DNA of 64,000 nucleotides, from contig NC_068982.1 of the NCBI RefSeq assembly GCF_001194135.2, positions 118,260,410-118,324,409 of the forward strand. The letters run 5' to 3'. This document shows, in pieces, positions 39,251 to 53,349 of the stretch. Origin of the DNA: Octopus bimaculoides (taxonomy: Eukaryota). Made by a program: the position numbers and the translations under genes. The notes below the pieces were generated by a model. It ran no database searches. It was not told the DNA's origin and was given only the letters and a program-made list of their open reading frames with translations. Each line of letters begins with the position of its first letter. Position 1 is the first letter of the stretch.

Positions 39251-41389
39251 CACTGATTTATTTATTCTTTTCAATTAGGATAAGGCATTAATGTAAACTG
39301 GGATAGCTGAAAATGGGTTAAGACTAAGTATATATGTATAACAATGTGGAAATAAATTAATTACAAGAAACACAGAACTACAAATGCTTTAAAACCAAAT
39401 ATGTCTATATAGTAGTGTGGAAAGTATTATTGACACATTAGATTAATATTCAGAAGTGAACTAATGTAAAAATATTTACAAAATAAGGTGAAATACATCA
39501 ATATTCTAGCTATCCCAGCAATATATCTTTTTTTATTATATTCACATATGCTAAAAGAACTCGCCATACTAAAGAAAGAAAAAAACAACAAGAGAAATAA
39601 CTTCATTTAGATTACATCTCCAAAGAAGTGACATAGAAAAGATTATATTTATAATATAGTAGAGCAGAGAGCCTTGTGTCACAAGAAAATTCTTATGAAA
39701 CATTTTGTACAGCTACAAATATATGTTGTAAAAATAATAGAAAACAAGTTCTTATAGATACAAAACATGAACAAAATGAAAAACTGCTTTCCGCTTTAAG
39801 GAAAAAAAATCAAATGTAAAATAATATCTAAAATGAGAATCAGCTTTGAAGGGCAAAGGGGAAGCAGCAATAGAAATACTTATAAAAGCTAAAAGTACTA
39901 AACTGAAAATTTGGCTATAAATCTACCAAGTTAAAATGGCTGTAAGAAAAGGCTATAATTGCAAATACTGGAATAAAGAAAAGATTGGAAAGAAAAAAAA
40001 ATATGATCGCACGTCTCTGAGATCAGGTCGTAGAGTTGACATTAAAAGTCACTTGTGTATGACAGAGGATTAAAAAACAAATCCTCAACACGGGTAAACA
40101 ATATATATAGTGAAAGCGAATACATTAAATAACAGGAGAATATGTTGAAGGTAAGAATAAAAATTATTCAAATTGTCTCCATTAAAAAAACAAAGTACAT
40201 GCATTACAATGTTTAGGGTTTTATATGATGAGGAATTAATTCAGCATTGTGAAATACCAACAGAGAATGGACCATATAATGTTTAAACTAAAAATGACTC
40301 ATACACTGACTGATAACCGTTCTCCGTGGTATATCAAGTATTATCTAAGATACTGCTGTCACAGACAAGCAGGATACGCTATATCTGGGCGGAGATAAAG
40401 AAGACAAGTATATAGAAGCGGAGAAAGGAAATCAAGCCCTAAAAGCGTATGTTGGTGAGGATAAAACATATCATACAAATATCATAGAAATATATAATGC
40501 AAAGAACAACATCAACATGTGTATAAAGGAAAATAAAATATCATTGATAATCGTTTCATGCATACTATATAAAGTACTTTCCAGAGTATTGAAAATGCAA
40601 ACACCAAAGCAAAACACTTGCTTGCATCCAATGCGTAAAGAACTGCGCTCAGCATCAGAGCGAAGGCAGTTAATAAAAATAAAGCAACTGAAACGAAGTA
40701 ATAAAAAGACAAATAATAATATCGTTGCACCTGGCAAAATTTCAAGCAAAGGATTCAGGAAATGAATGTTCCAGTCTTTTGATTGTAATATTGCATTTTG
40801 GCGTGTCGACGTCCATCAATATATAGGAATTATATACACCATAATAATTCTGAGATTCATAGTTTGCATGCCTGTCGCATTTTAGGAGCAGGTGTGCTGT
40901 GCAGACTGGCGCCTTGATGCAGCAGAATGTCTCTTTTATCTTTTAACTAACAATTCCCACAACGTATCAAAGTATATAAGAAATCAAAAAATTGTAAGGT
41001 GTATATATATGTGGTTATGTGCTTGTACGTTTCCATGTATTAGATTATATGTATAAGAATGTATTTTTATTTCGCTTATACACACACGAGCAAACACAAA
41101 CACAACCACACGCACGTTCGCGCCCATACACACATACACAAACATACACAAGCACGCACACAAATATTTATATATACATATACTCACATTCACAAAGGTT
41201 TGTCTGTACAAAAGGGAGAGCAGGAATTGACAGAAGTGGTGAGAGAATTGAAAGAGTGAGAGAGTGAGCAAGAAAGAAAGAAAGGGACCCATACATGGAT
41301 AAAGAATTTATTCTTAGAAGACGTCAAACCGTTTCATACATACATGTAAACATGTGTGTGTGTGTGTGTGTGTAAATTATACATACATA

Positions 41390-41432
<43 letters not shown>

Positions 41433-42499
41433 NNNNNNNNNNNNNNNNNNNNNNNNNNNNNNNNNNNNNNNNNNNNNNNNNNNNNNNNNNNNNNNNNNNN
41501 NNNNNNNNNNNNNNNNNNNNNNNNNNNNNNNNNNNNNNNNNNNNNNNNNNNNNNNNNNNNNNNNNNNNNNNNNNNNNNNNNNNNNNNNNNNNNNNNNNNN
41601 NNNNNNNNNNNNNNNNNNNNNNNNNNNNNNNNNNNNNNNNNNNNNNNNNNNNNNNNNNNNNNNNNNNNNNNNNNNNNNNNNNNNNNNNNNNNNNNNNNNN
41701 NNNNNNNNNNNNNNNNNNNNNNNNNNNNNNNNNNNNNNNNNNNNNNNNNNNNNNNNNNNNNNNNNNNNNNNNNNNNNNNNNNNNNNNNNNNNNNNNNNNN
41801 NNNNNNNNNNNNNNNNNNNNNNNNNNNNNNNNNNNNNNNNNNNNNNNNNNNNNNNNNNNNNNNNNNNNNNNNNNNNNNNNNNNNNNNNNNNNNNNNNNNN
41901 NNNCTCAAACGGGTTCGGCGTTTGTTAAACACCGATCATATCAAAAGTTGATATAATTATCATTACATTTTCTATGTGATTTAGAAAGCTATTATAAGCG
42001 TGGTTATCCAATTTGGCTAAATGCATATAATTTACATCTTTCAACCTCAACTACTGGTTGGACAGTGATTCTTGTGGTGAAGTTCCCTATTGAGAATTGT
42101 ATTATTTTGTTTATATACTGCAGTACTCGGCTACTAAGCATAAAATTATGGTTACATAAATTAACTAGATTTTGCATAAATTGGATAAAACGATACCAGC
42201 ACACTCCCTTAGGTGTGAGAATGTGAATTATTACAGCCAAGCGACAATTTGAGTTTCATCAACCTGTACTAAGAGAAAACGAAGCTAACTGTTAGTAAAT
42301 AAATAATTAATCAAAGGAATATGGAAACAGAAGTAAAATTTCACTTATATATTTGCTGCTTTTATCTTTGAGGAAATGTTATTTGATTAATGATTTTCTC
42401 AATGAGTAACGTGTACCGAGGTATGCTGCAATACTTGTAGTTATAAATATTAGATTTTTTTTGTTTTAGTTAGCAAAAAAAAAAAAAATAAATAAAAAT

Positions 42500-44700
42500 A
42501 TTACCTCCATCTCCATCTCGGGAAAAGCGAGATGCAATCGATCATCTTGCGACAATATTAATGTTGGTTGATTTCACCCACTTTGAGATTTATCATTCTC
42601 CCTTTTGATGCTCATAATAACAAAAGGCTTACAGGAAACTGAAATGCTTAAAATTCGTAGCTTTGAGTCAGTCATTAACGTCATCTGCCAGTGTATTGTT
42701 TAAGTGTGATAAATAGAATTTTTGTTTTCTGCTTTCTTTTACGTTTTCGTCCTGAAAATGCGATGTTGGTTTTCAAAATCATGCCGAAGGAAAAGCTATC
42801 AAGTTTCAAAATCAACCAATAATGAATAAAGATGCATCTATGCATTTCAGGTTTGAAAGAAATTTAGAAGTGTAATGACTGAAAATTCCACTCGTGTATT
42901 ATGTCGCCACTATTCTAATAAGGACAATGTCTGGTGGCTTCCGTCTTTGGGGAGTAAATCTTAAAAAATCCATGTTTCTTTGTTTGCTTGTAAGAGTTTA
43001 TCGGCATATAATCATCTTGCATCATTTGTCACTCATTTTAGCTAACATGATCCTCGATTTGAACAATTGTTTTATGTTTCTATGAATCGGCCATTACGCC
43101 TTCTAATTTGATATTTATTTTTAGGTGACTGTCTGTAAAGTTAATATAAATTTTTCATGCATATTTCCATTATCACATCCTTCAGTATTTAAAGGGTAGG
43201 ACTGAATACTCTTTGTGATGACTGGAGAAATGTGGACATCCTCACACATCTCTGAAAAGCAATTAATTTTGTGCTTTAGCCTACAGGTGCATTGGATTCG
43301 ATGGATAATACGAATTGATGAATTTGCTGAACAAATGTTAAAATTTTCTGCAAAATAGGAAATACGAAAAGCTTCTGTGCCCTGTTGCTATTATCTTCGA
43401 CTTAAAAGTCCTCGCATGCTTTTGTCAATGTAATTTTGTCCACATACTTACATACGATATAAAAGCTAAAGGTCAAATTTCAGTCCTTATATATGCTTTA
43501 AAGATCATGGATAAGAGCTGTATATATGTAACTCTCCTCTGAATGTCTATTTTAGTTGAGAAATTTGATTGGTAGGCACATATGAGTATCCAACGAGTTA
43601 TGTTTTGCGAATCACAATTAAAAAATCCATCAAATATGTTTTTTCACAATGCCACTGAGGAAGGGAACCAGGTGAGAACAGTTTGTAGTTTCAGAGATCG
43701 TTTCCTCTAACCAAAGAAAATAACGAGCTTCTGGCATTCTATAATGCAGCGAAAACAACAAAACTATCCCGAAATAGATGCTTTTATAAATAGCTCTTTC
43801 AACTGGATCTCCAATGGCAATAATATGCAAATATATAACCTTGTGGCATAGAAACAATTCAGTTAATATTCCATGACATCTTGGATTTTATGAGAAATAA
43901 ATGAACAGATCAATGTGGCCAAACATTCCGACATACCTATAACCTCTTCAATTTATTCACGCTTGCATTTATACACCGTGTCCTATGAATGATTAGGACT
44001 ACTTTGAGAAATTAAGCAACATTCATGTGATTTCAGCCGTTGATAAAATCTTCTTATAGGCTAAGTTTAATGACTTCATTTTCATGGACTTACTCTCTGT
44101 ACTTAACGAGCTGTTAATGGAAACGATTAATTTGAACTGAGGCACAAGACTAACAATTTAGAGAAGTGACTGCTCGTAATTGACTGATAATATTTTTTTT
44201 TTCACTTCAAAAATATGAAAATAAAGTTGAATTTGGTGGATTTCAAATTCACCTTCCAGAGACAGTAGTGCAGCAACTCATATAAATGTAAGAGATTGGT
44301 GAAATTTCTGCAAAAAAATATATTTTGTATAGAACTGCTCTGCAACATGTACGTCATATGATAAAGGTCACATCATTACAAATAATGACATTAAAACTAC
44401 GTTCATATTTTCTAGCAACACATTTTCTGCGTGGATAGTTAATTTTAGTGACAATCTCATGCATAATTCTCCTGAGTAGTTTCAAAGCTCTTTAAATATT
44501 CATTATGTTGAGCAAACGCTTCCTGAATATCAAGCAATGTTTCCACTGAAAAACTTACAATATTCTTAGCAAGTTTCCTTTTCTGCCATTGATTGTCACC
44601 CCTGAAGTATGCTTGAATGTTTATGTGATCAGCTTTCGAAAGCGGACGGAGTATCACTGTCATAATAAATTTGTTGTTTTATACCTAATTTAATCAATTA
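42500..44700 (-). mobile_element. Deleted Helitron RepHel relic
   Basis: ORF 44457-44663, IQAYFRGDNQ...LLDIQEAFAQHNEYLKSFETTQE, resembles the Helitron motif LQIYFxGD...LQxxLxxHNxYVxSFKTALE. At 42510-42660 FQFPVSL and DDRLHLAF/SRDG resemble Pif1 motifs QFPVxL and HGQLYVAxSRVG. The sequence in between could not be resolved. Confidence 0.5.
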
Positions 44701-44759
44701 ATGCTTAAATTTGGACGAATGATGGACGGAACACTGGTAAGCATTTTGAAAAGCAGCAA

Positions 44760-44862
44760 GGGCGTGCGTATATCTATGACTTTGACCCGAAAATGTAATG
44801 GTGGACGAAAGGCCGCTAAGCATTTTGCCCGGCGTGCTAAAGGTTTTCTTAGATCACCGCCT
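44760..44862 (-). mobile_element. Family B SINE 5' fragment
   Basis: ggacgaaaggccgctaagcattttgcccggcgtgctaaaggttttcttagatcaccgcctt is the reverse complement of the family B head. Confidence 0.6.
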
Positions 44863-44892
44863 TCAATACTATAGATACTACAACACTTTTCT

Positions 44893-45065
44893 AAGGTTAG
44901 TGGATGTAATTTTTACTTTTTTTTCCGAAAGATTTCATTCTGTCCCAATTCATTTAACAAAGTTTAATTAATGAATGCTTAAATTTCATATAGTTGTTAA
45001 ATGAATTGGAATGAGAATGAAGTCTTTCTGAGAATTTTTTTTAAAGTGTTACATCCACTGGCCTT
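44893..45065. repeat. MITE-like fold-back, ~70-bp arms and ~33-bp spacer
   Basis: aaggttagtggatgtaa...gaaagatttcattctgtcccaattcatttaacaa versus reverse complement of the right arm aaggccagtggatgtaa...gaaagacttcattctcattccaattcatttaacaa. Confidence 0.75.
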
Positions 45066-45531
45066 CATAGACATACGCATGCCATGACTACTTTCAAAAT
45101 TACGCTAATCAACAAAAACTTGCTACGTTAATTTTGAAATGAAATCTTCACAAACATTTCAAAGTTAACAGGTTGTGTTAACAAAGCCTAAATGTGAATT
45201 TACAAGTAAATGAAAAAATATGAGTATTGCCTCACGTGATCTTTAATTTTAATAGTTGATGCACTAATGTAACATTCAATAAGAATGCTTTGCAAAATTA
45301 ATTGCTCCTATGAAGTATCAAAAAAACAAAAATATACTCATAGAAAAGCAACATTTCATCGGAATGAGTGACACAGAGAAATAAGTGTAAGAGTTCGACA
45401 TTAAAATTCATATTATTCTTAAAGGAAAGTTTTTGTTTCTTTTCCATCTGCTACATGTAAATAAAGACTATTCTGACTTGGAACTTATTTATACATTTTT
45501 ATTTAGAAAATATATTTAATTCGGTGGAATA

Positions 45532-45537
<6 letters not shown>

Positions 45538-45585
<48 letters not shown>
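45538..45585. repeat. (GA)n microsatellite
   Basis: Directly visible. Confidence 0.98.
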
Positions 45586-45587
<2 letters not shown>

Positions 45588-46361
45588 CAAGATATTATAT
45601 TTGCATCCATGAACACATATAAAGAATTGACCAAGAATAGCGATACAGAATAAATTGGTATGTAATTTCTTATCAACCATTATAATTTTTTTGGTAACAG
45701 CTGACCATCTACTTTGAAATATATTCTCCAACACTAAATTTCTTTCAGTGAATTCTAAAACTGTTCACTATTACTTGGAACATATATGCAATCACTTTTA
45801 TGTAGAAAGAAGTTAATTTATATTACTACGCTTTATAACTGTAGAATTTAGGTTCGATTTCAATAGATATACAGCAGACGCATGTAAACAGCCGTCTATA
45901 CTTTGTCGCGAGTATGTATATACCTGTGCCTGCCTAATTGTGAACATAGTCTTGTTAGATCTGTCCCATGATTCGAAGCATTCGAGTGAAATTGATATTT
46001 CTAAATATATTTTCAGTTTAGCATTTTACATAGAAGATGCAGCTCAAAATTTAACATTTTCTAAGCATAATGAAGCGTAATATTTTAACTTCTATTATGT
46101 TTAATCATTGAAAAATATTGTGAGACTGTGCATGTTACGTTTATTTTTGCTTATTATTCGAGTTCTGTTGCGGTTTTGTATATATTATTTAGAAAAAAAA
46201 ATGTTATGTGGTAGATGTGTATGCTTATAACATCACGCCTACCTACTATTTATTTTACAAGCACATTTTATTAAATTGATTACACTTAGAGTTGAACTAT
46301 GAACAGGCAAACTCATTCATTCATACTTTAATATATATATATGCATGTACGTACATGATCT

Positions 46362-46399
<38 letters not shown>

Positions 46400-46403
<4 letters not shown>

Positions 46404-47480
46404 TATATATATATTGATAGAAAAGACAACAAAAGAAAGAAAGAGACCTCGATATTATGTAAATAGAGGAATTTATCTGTATAAATATGTAACACTTATT
46501 CGGTAGTCATGATAAAACTCCGAGTTTCGGATGACAGGGCGGAAACCCACGCCACCATGTCTTTAGCTATCTGGCCATTGAAAATCCCTGCGACCGTTAA
46601 ANNNNNNNNNNNNNNNNNNNNNNNNNNNNNNNNNNNNNNNNNNNNNNNNNNNNNNNNNNNNNNNNNNNNNNNNNNNNNNNNNNNNNNNNNNNNNNNNNNN
46701 NNNNNNNNNNNNNNNNNNNNNNNNNNNNNNNNNNNNNNNNNNNNATATATATATATATATATATATACCCGCATACACCCACACACACACACATGCACAA
46801 CACCCTCGCACCCATAAACACACACGCAAAATAAGGTCCATACACATTTCAAATACGTACATGCTCAACATGAAAAAAAGCGGCTACAAGCAAAATACAG
46901 AAAGAAGTGTGAAAAAGCCATAAGGGCAAAACGCGTCTATATGCGCATATTGTCGCATGCACGCACATACATCTATATGCGCACCTACCCGCACACACGC
47001 ACACATCCACAAGCGCGCACACAAGGTTCTATGTACACGTCTATAGACGCACAGGAAACCAAAAGCAGGGTGGAAGGGAGAATACAGAAAAAATATATGT
47101 GAAAAATATACAAAACATTATCTCTATAAGTATGTAAAAACATATATAAAATATATGGAATATATATTAAAAAATATATAAGAAATCTAAGTAAAAAGTA
47201 TAGAGAGATGAAACGGTTTTACATAGACACAAATATAGAAAGCAAGTCCTATCAGTAAACTTGGGAGGACCTAAAACGTAGCAAATATTTAGCCACAGTG
47301 GACATGATCTGAAAAGTTCACCCTTATTTTATACTAGGGCAACGCTATTAAAAATGTCCCTATCAGAGGAGAGGCTAGAAATTCTTTTACTTAATTATTT
47401 TAACTAAATTTTTAAACAGGATAGTATATTGCGTATTAAAAAGAAGTTCTCAACAACAGTGAGAAAAACCGTTGGAAGTA
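46400..47480 (-). mobile_element. Deleted Neptune-type PLE: RT-thumb fragment followed by a T-rich 3' region containing a hammerhead-like motif
   Basis: Minus strand ~47400-47310 reads RISSLSSDRDIFNSVALV* (compare RISLPSSNFEIFEKHGPYY in the 55 kb element). A low-complexity T-rich tail follows, then the motif at 46508-46573. Confidence 0.5.
46508..46573 (-). ncRNA. Minimal type I hammerhead-like motif with variant core (CUAAAGA)
   Basis: Minus strand reads CA GAUAG CUAAAGA c[AUGGUGGCG...CGCCCUGUCAU]cc GAAA C ucgga G UU UUAUC a UG. Stem I GAUAG/UUAUC pairs, the cleavage triplet is GUU, and stem III/loop 3 is near-palindromic. The core carries G5A and the stem II closing pair is non-canonical. 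Confidence 0.4.
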
Positions 47481-47539
47481 CCAACTAGAGATTTCATTAC
47501 CTTCGTGCGCTCAGGTCAGCGGATCAGTTTCAAGAAGAA

Positions 47540-47935
47540 TAAGAAACTTCCTATGAGAGAGGGAAAGTGGAGCAGCTATTGGGTAGTGACTGCAAATTTA
47601 CCAGGGTGCCAGTTTTCATGTGCTGTGAAGAAAGGAATGTTGTAAATCCAGTCGAGTTAACTGTCCCTCATGAAGACAACATGGACGCCGCTTGGGCTCG
47701 AAAGATTGACCCTCCTCAACGAATGTGAAGACGCAGGCTGGTAGTGGAGCATTTTCCAATCGAAGTCGGATGTAGAGAGCTTCTTAGACACCATGTGAGA
47801 CGACGGTTGTTATCGTGAGGCCTAATTCATCGAAAGGTAAATACCACCATGACCGATATCCAAACTACAGTGGAGAAGACTAGCCACTAAATTTGGTTAA
47901 AAAGAGACGATGAGCGATAGCTGCAGAAGTACTGA
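47540..47935 (+). mobile_element. Hero/NeSL-type non-LTR retrotransposon RLE domain, 3' end
   Basis: VELTVPHEDNMDAAWARK (ELTVP at 47654), FPIEVGCR (~47753-47776) and EKTSH*IWLKR match the ELTVPWEE...EVGCRG...WIWxxR signature of Hero-like RLE elements. Confidence 0.75.
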
Positions 47936-49249
47936 GCTGTATTTAATAACCAGTTGATCTAGCAAGCGGTACGTCAATGCGCACGTGGGCCGGTGCGCAT
48001 TGATGCCCTCGAGAGGTAGGCCCCAAAACGGCGCGCATTCTCTCCTGATGATCCCATACACTTGCTAGCTTCCGGTATGCGGAGTTCTCGACAAGTAGCA
48101 CTTGCATGTGCAAGTTGTTTGCAAGACAACTTGGGGGCTAGTAATGCAGAATGCTTCTGTAGTTTTTGGGACGTTACACGCGACTAACCCTCTCCCTCCC
48201 AACATATTTGTCTTGTGCCTAAATCAGAAACAACAGTTTTAGGAGACGGACGGGAATAAAATTACAGGAGAGAAGAGGAAATAACAGTGGATGACAGAGA
48301 CGAAGAGAGAAAGTAATATGAAGTAAAACGTGTGCGAAAAAAAGTTGTGGTAAAAAATAGAGATGAAAATCTGCGAAATAAAAGTAGTTGGAGTTATTGA
48401 ATGAGGACTTGGAAGAAATTAATGAAAGAAAAGCGTAAGATATAAGAAAGAGATAGATAAAAAAAACAAAAACACATAATCAAAAAAACAACAGAGGGAA
48501 CGGGGAAAAGTGGGAAATAGAATGAGGCAAAAGAGGGAAATGGAAAGAAAGCTGAGAATAAAATAAAAATAAAATATACGAAAAATGTGCAGCCCAATAT
48601 AACAAGTGTAATTTCACTAAAGGAAACAGAGTATAGGTGTGTGACAATAATACATTATGATGTTTCAATTAGTTAAAGACATGTTTTTCAATACAGGGTA
48701 GTAAATGCATGTGCGTGTAGAAAAATGAAGTAAATATCTCAAACACAGAGAATAGAAATATATCAGAATAAAATGAAAACAGGAAGAAATTGGGCAATAT
48801 ACAGTCTTTTAAAAATTGAAACACACACACGTCACTCTTTTTATTCTGCTGTTATTTAATTAGTCTTTTTTCTCTTTCGATTTCTTTCTCTTCTTTCTTT
48901 TGAAGCCTTTCTCTCTCTTCCCACTTATCTCTGTCCTTGTTTACTTCGCTTATGTTTCCCGTCTTTTTGTTTTTTCTCCCATCATTTCCATTCTTTTTGC
49001 TCATTGTTCTCTAGTTTACTCCTTCCAGTTTTTTATTCACTGACACCTTCTATTTTATCCCTTTTCAGCTCATTTTCCTCTCTCCTATCGTCATTCTTTG
49101 TTCAATCACCGCGTCTGACATATTCACGCAGAAATCAGTTTCTTTCATACTCCTTATTCTTCTTTTGTTTCCGTTTAACTTCTGTCCCTCCTAATATTAT
49201 TTCTAACTTAAGCACAAACAAAACTACACGTTTTTCCAAGGGTGTTAAC

Positions 49250-49620
49250 TGATTAAATCGACTGCAGTTCTTGATTTGCACTGTACTTTATTGACGAAGT
49301 TCGGCTTTGATTTGAACTGTAATTTATTGAACCCACAGTCCGGCTGGATTTGAACTCAAAACGTAAATAGCCAGAAAAAATATTACAAGGTCTTTTAAAC
49401 GACGCTCTAATAATTCCGCCAATCCACAGCTATTAAACAAATAGCTATTTCATAGACCGAAGTTAGGTGAATACACCAGTTGATTAAATTAACCATAGCA
49501 TTTATCTACATGCTTTAATCGGCTTCATAAAAATGAAAACGAAGTTGCATTCAGTGTGATTTGAACTCATTCACAACATACATTGACTGAAATTGATAGC
49601 GAAATGCTTTATCACCGACG
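49250..49620 (-). mobile_element. Two old family B SINE fragments in tandem
   Basis: gattaaatcgactgcag...ggatttgaactcaaaacgtaaatagccag...cgacgctctaataattccgccaatcc, then a second ...gaagttgcattcagtgtgatttgaactc...gaaatgctttatcaccgacgttc. Confidence 0.5.
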
Positions 49621-52600
49621 TTCTTCCTATTCTAACAGTATGTTATTTCCTAATAATGATATATACATCCTTATTACGTAATAGCTTTTCTTGAAGAATT
49701 GAAAGTTGTCACACCCAAGCGAAATTCTTAGTAACCTGACAAATGAAATATACCAACACTGTTTTTTAACATTCAGTTTTCTCCTCCAGAACTGTATGAT
49801 GACATATGCACACACTCATGTTACAACATATAATTATATATATATACATTCTCATACATGTGCACACACTCTAACACACATACACGTACTTTCACCAGCT
49901 GAACTAAGTGCAATTTTATTGGCGAGAATTTTTGTATCTGTTCATCTGTATGCTTGCTTTGATTGGTGTCAAATAAACACTCTTTCGGATATTCAATCAT
50001 CTCACTTTAAATACAACGCTGTTTTCGACCCGTGCCAATTTAAGCATTACATATTCACGGTCCGACCGAGCATATTGTGTATATTATTACCAAGAGAAGA
50101 CTTGATGAAACGCTTACAGCTGCTATTATCTTTGTTTGCACCTTTCCGCTAGATATCTTATTACACTTTGTTGATGTTACTTTTATTATTTGCGCACATA
50201 TTGTTTTACTCTAGAAAAATACAATCACTTAAATGTATGTACAATACTCAGGCATCCATTAACTTCGCAATAACAGAGGGTACAAAATGCATGAATGTTC
50301 TAAATCATGAATAACATTTAATTACACACATTTGATAGGAGAGTTGACTGAACAATCACCGTAGTTACAAATATATAAATTTATTTAACCATATTGAACA
50401 CAGCAGGAACCATTGCTACATACGTAGTTCAATAAATGACGAGCTAATGTTTCATGCAGAATACTCAGACTACCGATGTATCTCAATATATTTTTCCCAC
50501 CATGTATGTATAACAGTGAACAACTCCTCTTACAATACATGTCAATAGAGGAGCATTTATAAGGTAGCCTGACATATAATATATACGAACAACATAACAA
50601 ATCATGCAACGGAGAAAAAGAAGAACACATTAAAGCATGGAGTCTCCCGTAGGCTAGTCCTACGAAGAAAATAAGAACAATTCGGAAAGTAACACATGAA
50701 ACAAAGTTGTGTGAACTCTGGTCATTTATGGCTCAGGTACGATTAATTTGCAGCTGCAAAAGAAATAAAAGCAATGGAATTGTGAACAACCAAAACATAT
50801 ATTTCTATAATAGCGAATAACACTTTGTTACAATGCCTAGCTAATAGAAACGGCTCCACATAGTTTGTCGATGTGCTAGAAACAATACCTAGATTTCCAT
50901 CAATGTGTGCACGACCAACTTGAAAAGTGAAACATTAATTCGGGTAATGGAGCTATTGATTTTATGTTTGCATAAACAATAAAACCATGGTTTGAATGGC
51001 TTTAATCATAGGGCGCCTCATTAGGCGTGACCAAGGGTTGAACAATAAGGATAACAATAAATTCAAATCGACATCTACGTAACCGCAAGCACTAAATTGA
51101 CAATTCTAAAGATTGTTATGTTTTAATTTGATGAACTTTCATCATCACAAGCAAGAATGGTATAGATGCGATTATTGGTTTGGCTAGACGACCATTGCCT
51201 TGCAATTATAGAGGACAGCCCATGACATACACTTCAGATGAATACCGACAACAAACACACAAAAATATCTGTTGTGCCAGTAACTACTTTCATCCCAGAT
51301 TATATACTGATATATGTTAGTGTAGAGCAACAGTAACAATTCTGCTTTGAGCTGGGTATAATTTTTGCTCGTCCCCATATACTTCTGATAGATTCTAAGA
51401 AGATACAGGAATAGACGAAGGCCAGAGTCAAATCTCTGATAAACTATCGACATTTTTAAGACTTGTTATTCGATCGAGGAGGAACATTAAACTCACAATA
51501 AACACAGCTACACTGAAATATATACCAATGCACTTTACAACAATTTACGCAGCATAGCGTACTTAATATATCTCAGATTCTACATAATACAAAAGACTTA
51601 GTACCGAACTTACTCAGATAACCGCACTGTACAACATTTTCAGAATATGCGTATTTTCACTCCCAGAAATCGAACGTACAACACATTGAAAACCTGGCAC
51701 TTTCTGTAGGTTTTGATGCGCAATCTGTCAAATATTCGCAATAATTCACCTGCATATGTATTAATCACTACATAGAATTTGATATATGGCTATATCGCTT
51801 CCTCCACAAAAGTACCTGTCCATTGTACAAAGCATTGCGTTTGCAATAACTACAAAGCAAAATATTGCCAAAAGAACAGATTAAGATATATATTACAAGC
51901 GGAGCTACAAAAACAGTTAATATGCACATACATAAATGCGTGATACATATATTCACATACATAGAAGCGCTGATATAAGAGAGCCAAAACACGCAGCAGA
52001 TATAAAACATACACTTGATTCAGCGCATTCAGTGAAACCATTGCTTGGGTGTAATACGCAGGATGCAACTAGTATTATATTTTGAACGGCATACACATAT
52101 ACTAAAATACAATATTCACGCAGCTTTTAATATATTTCATACAGTAAGCACACGTGCTCCAATACAAACACCTACATATGCAAACACGCGCAAACATGAG
52201 CTACAATATAAGACATATATTTAGCAATACACTTACATGTTGTGAAATACAAGACATTCAACGGGCATATAGAACATGCCGACATTTGAAACAAGAACCA
52301 TGCAATAACTAAAACAACCACTAAATATAATGCGATGCATTATAACACCATCGTCGCGCAAATACCATGATTATTATAACCAAACATGCATTTGTTTCAA
52401 AGGACATGCTTTAAGGTTTTTAATAACCATTTCTTCAACCACTCGCTCCTGGAGGACTCTAAACAGACGAGAAAGTCTTAGCTAAATGTATTTGATCGAA
52501 GTTTGCTTGAATCTACGCAGATAATAAAATGCTTGCACCACTAGCGAATGAGTGATGCTAAATTTCCTTGACCAATGTACTAGAAATGGGAACCCGGACG

Positions 52601-53349
52601 TCATCAAATTATACGTTCCCATTTTACAAAAAGAAGCACAATGTAACCAAAAGGTCAATATGCTGATTGAATGTGTGAATGCGTGCACATGTTTGTGCAT
52701 AAGAGAATGAAGTGGGTGAAGAAGTGGAAAAAATTAAATCATTATATTTAACCGATTAATCTTATAAAACAATTCATTTCCCTCCTATTTAAATATGCAT
52801 AGACATTAGAATTCAAAGTGTGTGCATCCAAATTGCCAAAAAGGATATGTATATATTAAAATAATTTTCGATAATAATGCAAATCCTAAAAAAATTATAA
52901 TTACTATACCAAATGCATATAAAATCAAATATTGTTGCGATGGATACTATTTCGAATAGAAATAGCATGGCTATCATATATTTAAGAAAAGCAACGTCAT
53001 TCGAATAGGAAACACTGAAATGAACAGTGTGTAAATATAACACAATATACACACGCTGAAACAACTGCTAAATCAATTCAGCCAAGACTGAAGGTATATA
53101 AGAAAGGAAAGTGAATAATCATCGTTCAATAAACATATATTACAGATATTATGTTAGTTGGTCAACAATAATTTGGGATTATTTCGAACAATAATTTGGG
53201 ATACAAATGGGGCAACATATCACTTTGGAGATACAAAACTGGAGGTTAGTAATAAACAAAAAATTGTGCATTAAAAAATAAAATATATAGTATACTATGA
53301 AATCTGAAAAGAAGGGTGCTATGCTCTTTGCTTTTTATTATTTGCCAAT

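Noticed and set aside
48240-49200. Purine-rich block followed by a pyrimidine-rich block, suggesting a large inverted repeat
   Set aside because: Only compositional symmetry is present. I could not align the halves beyond short low-complexity matches.
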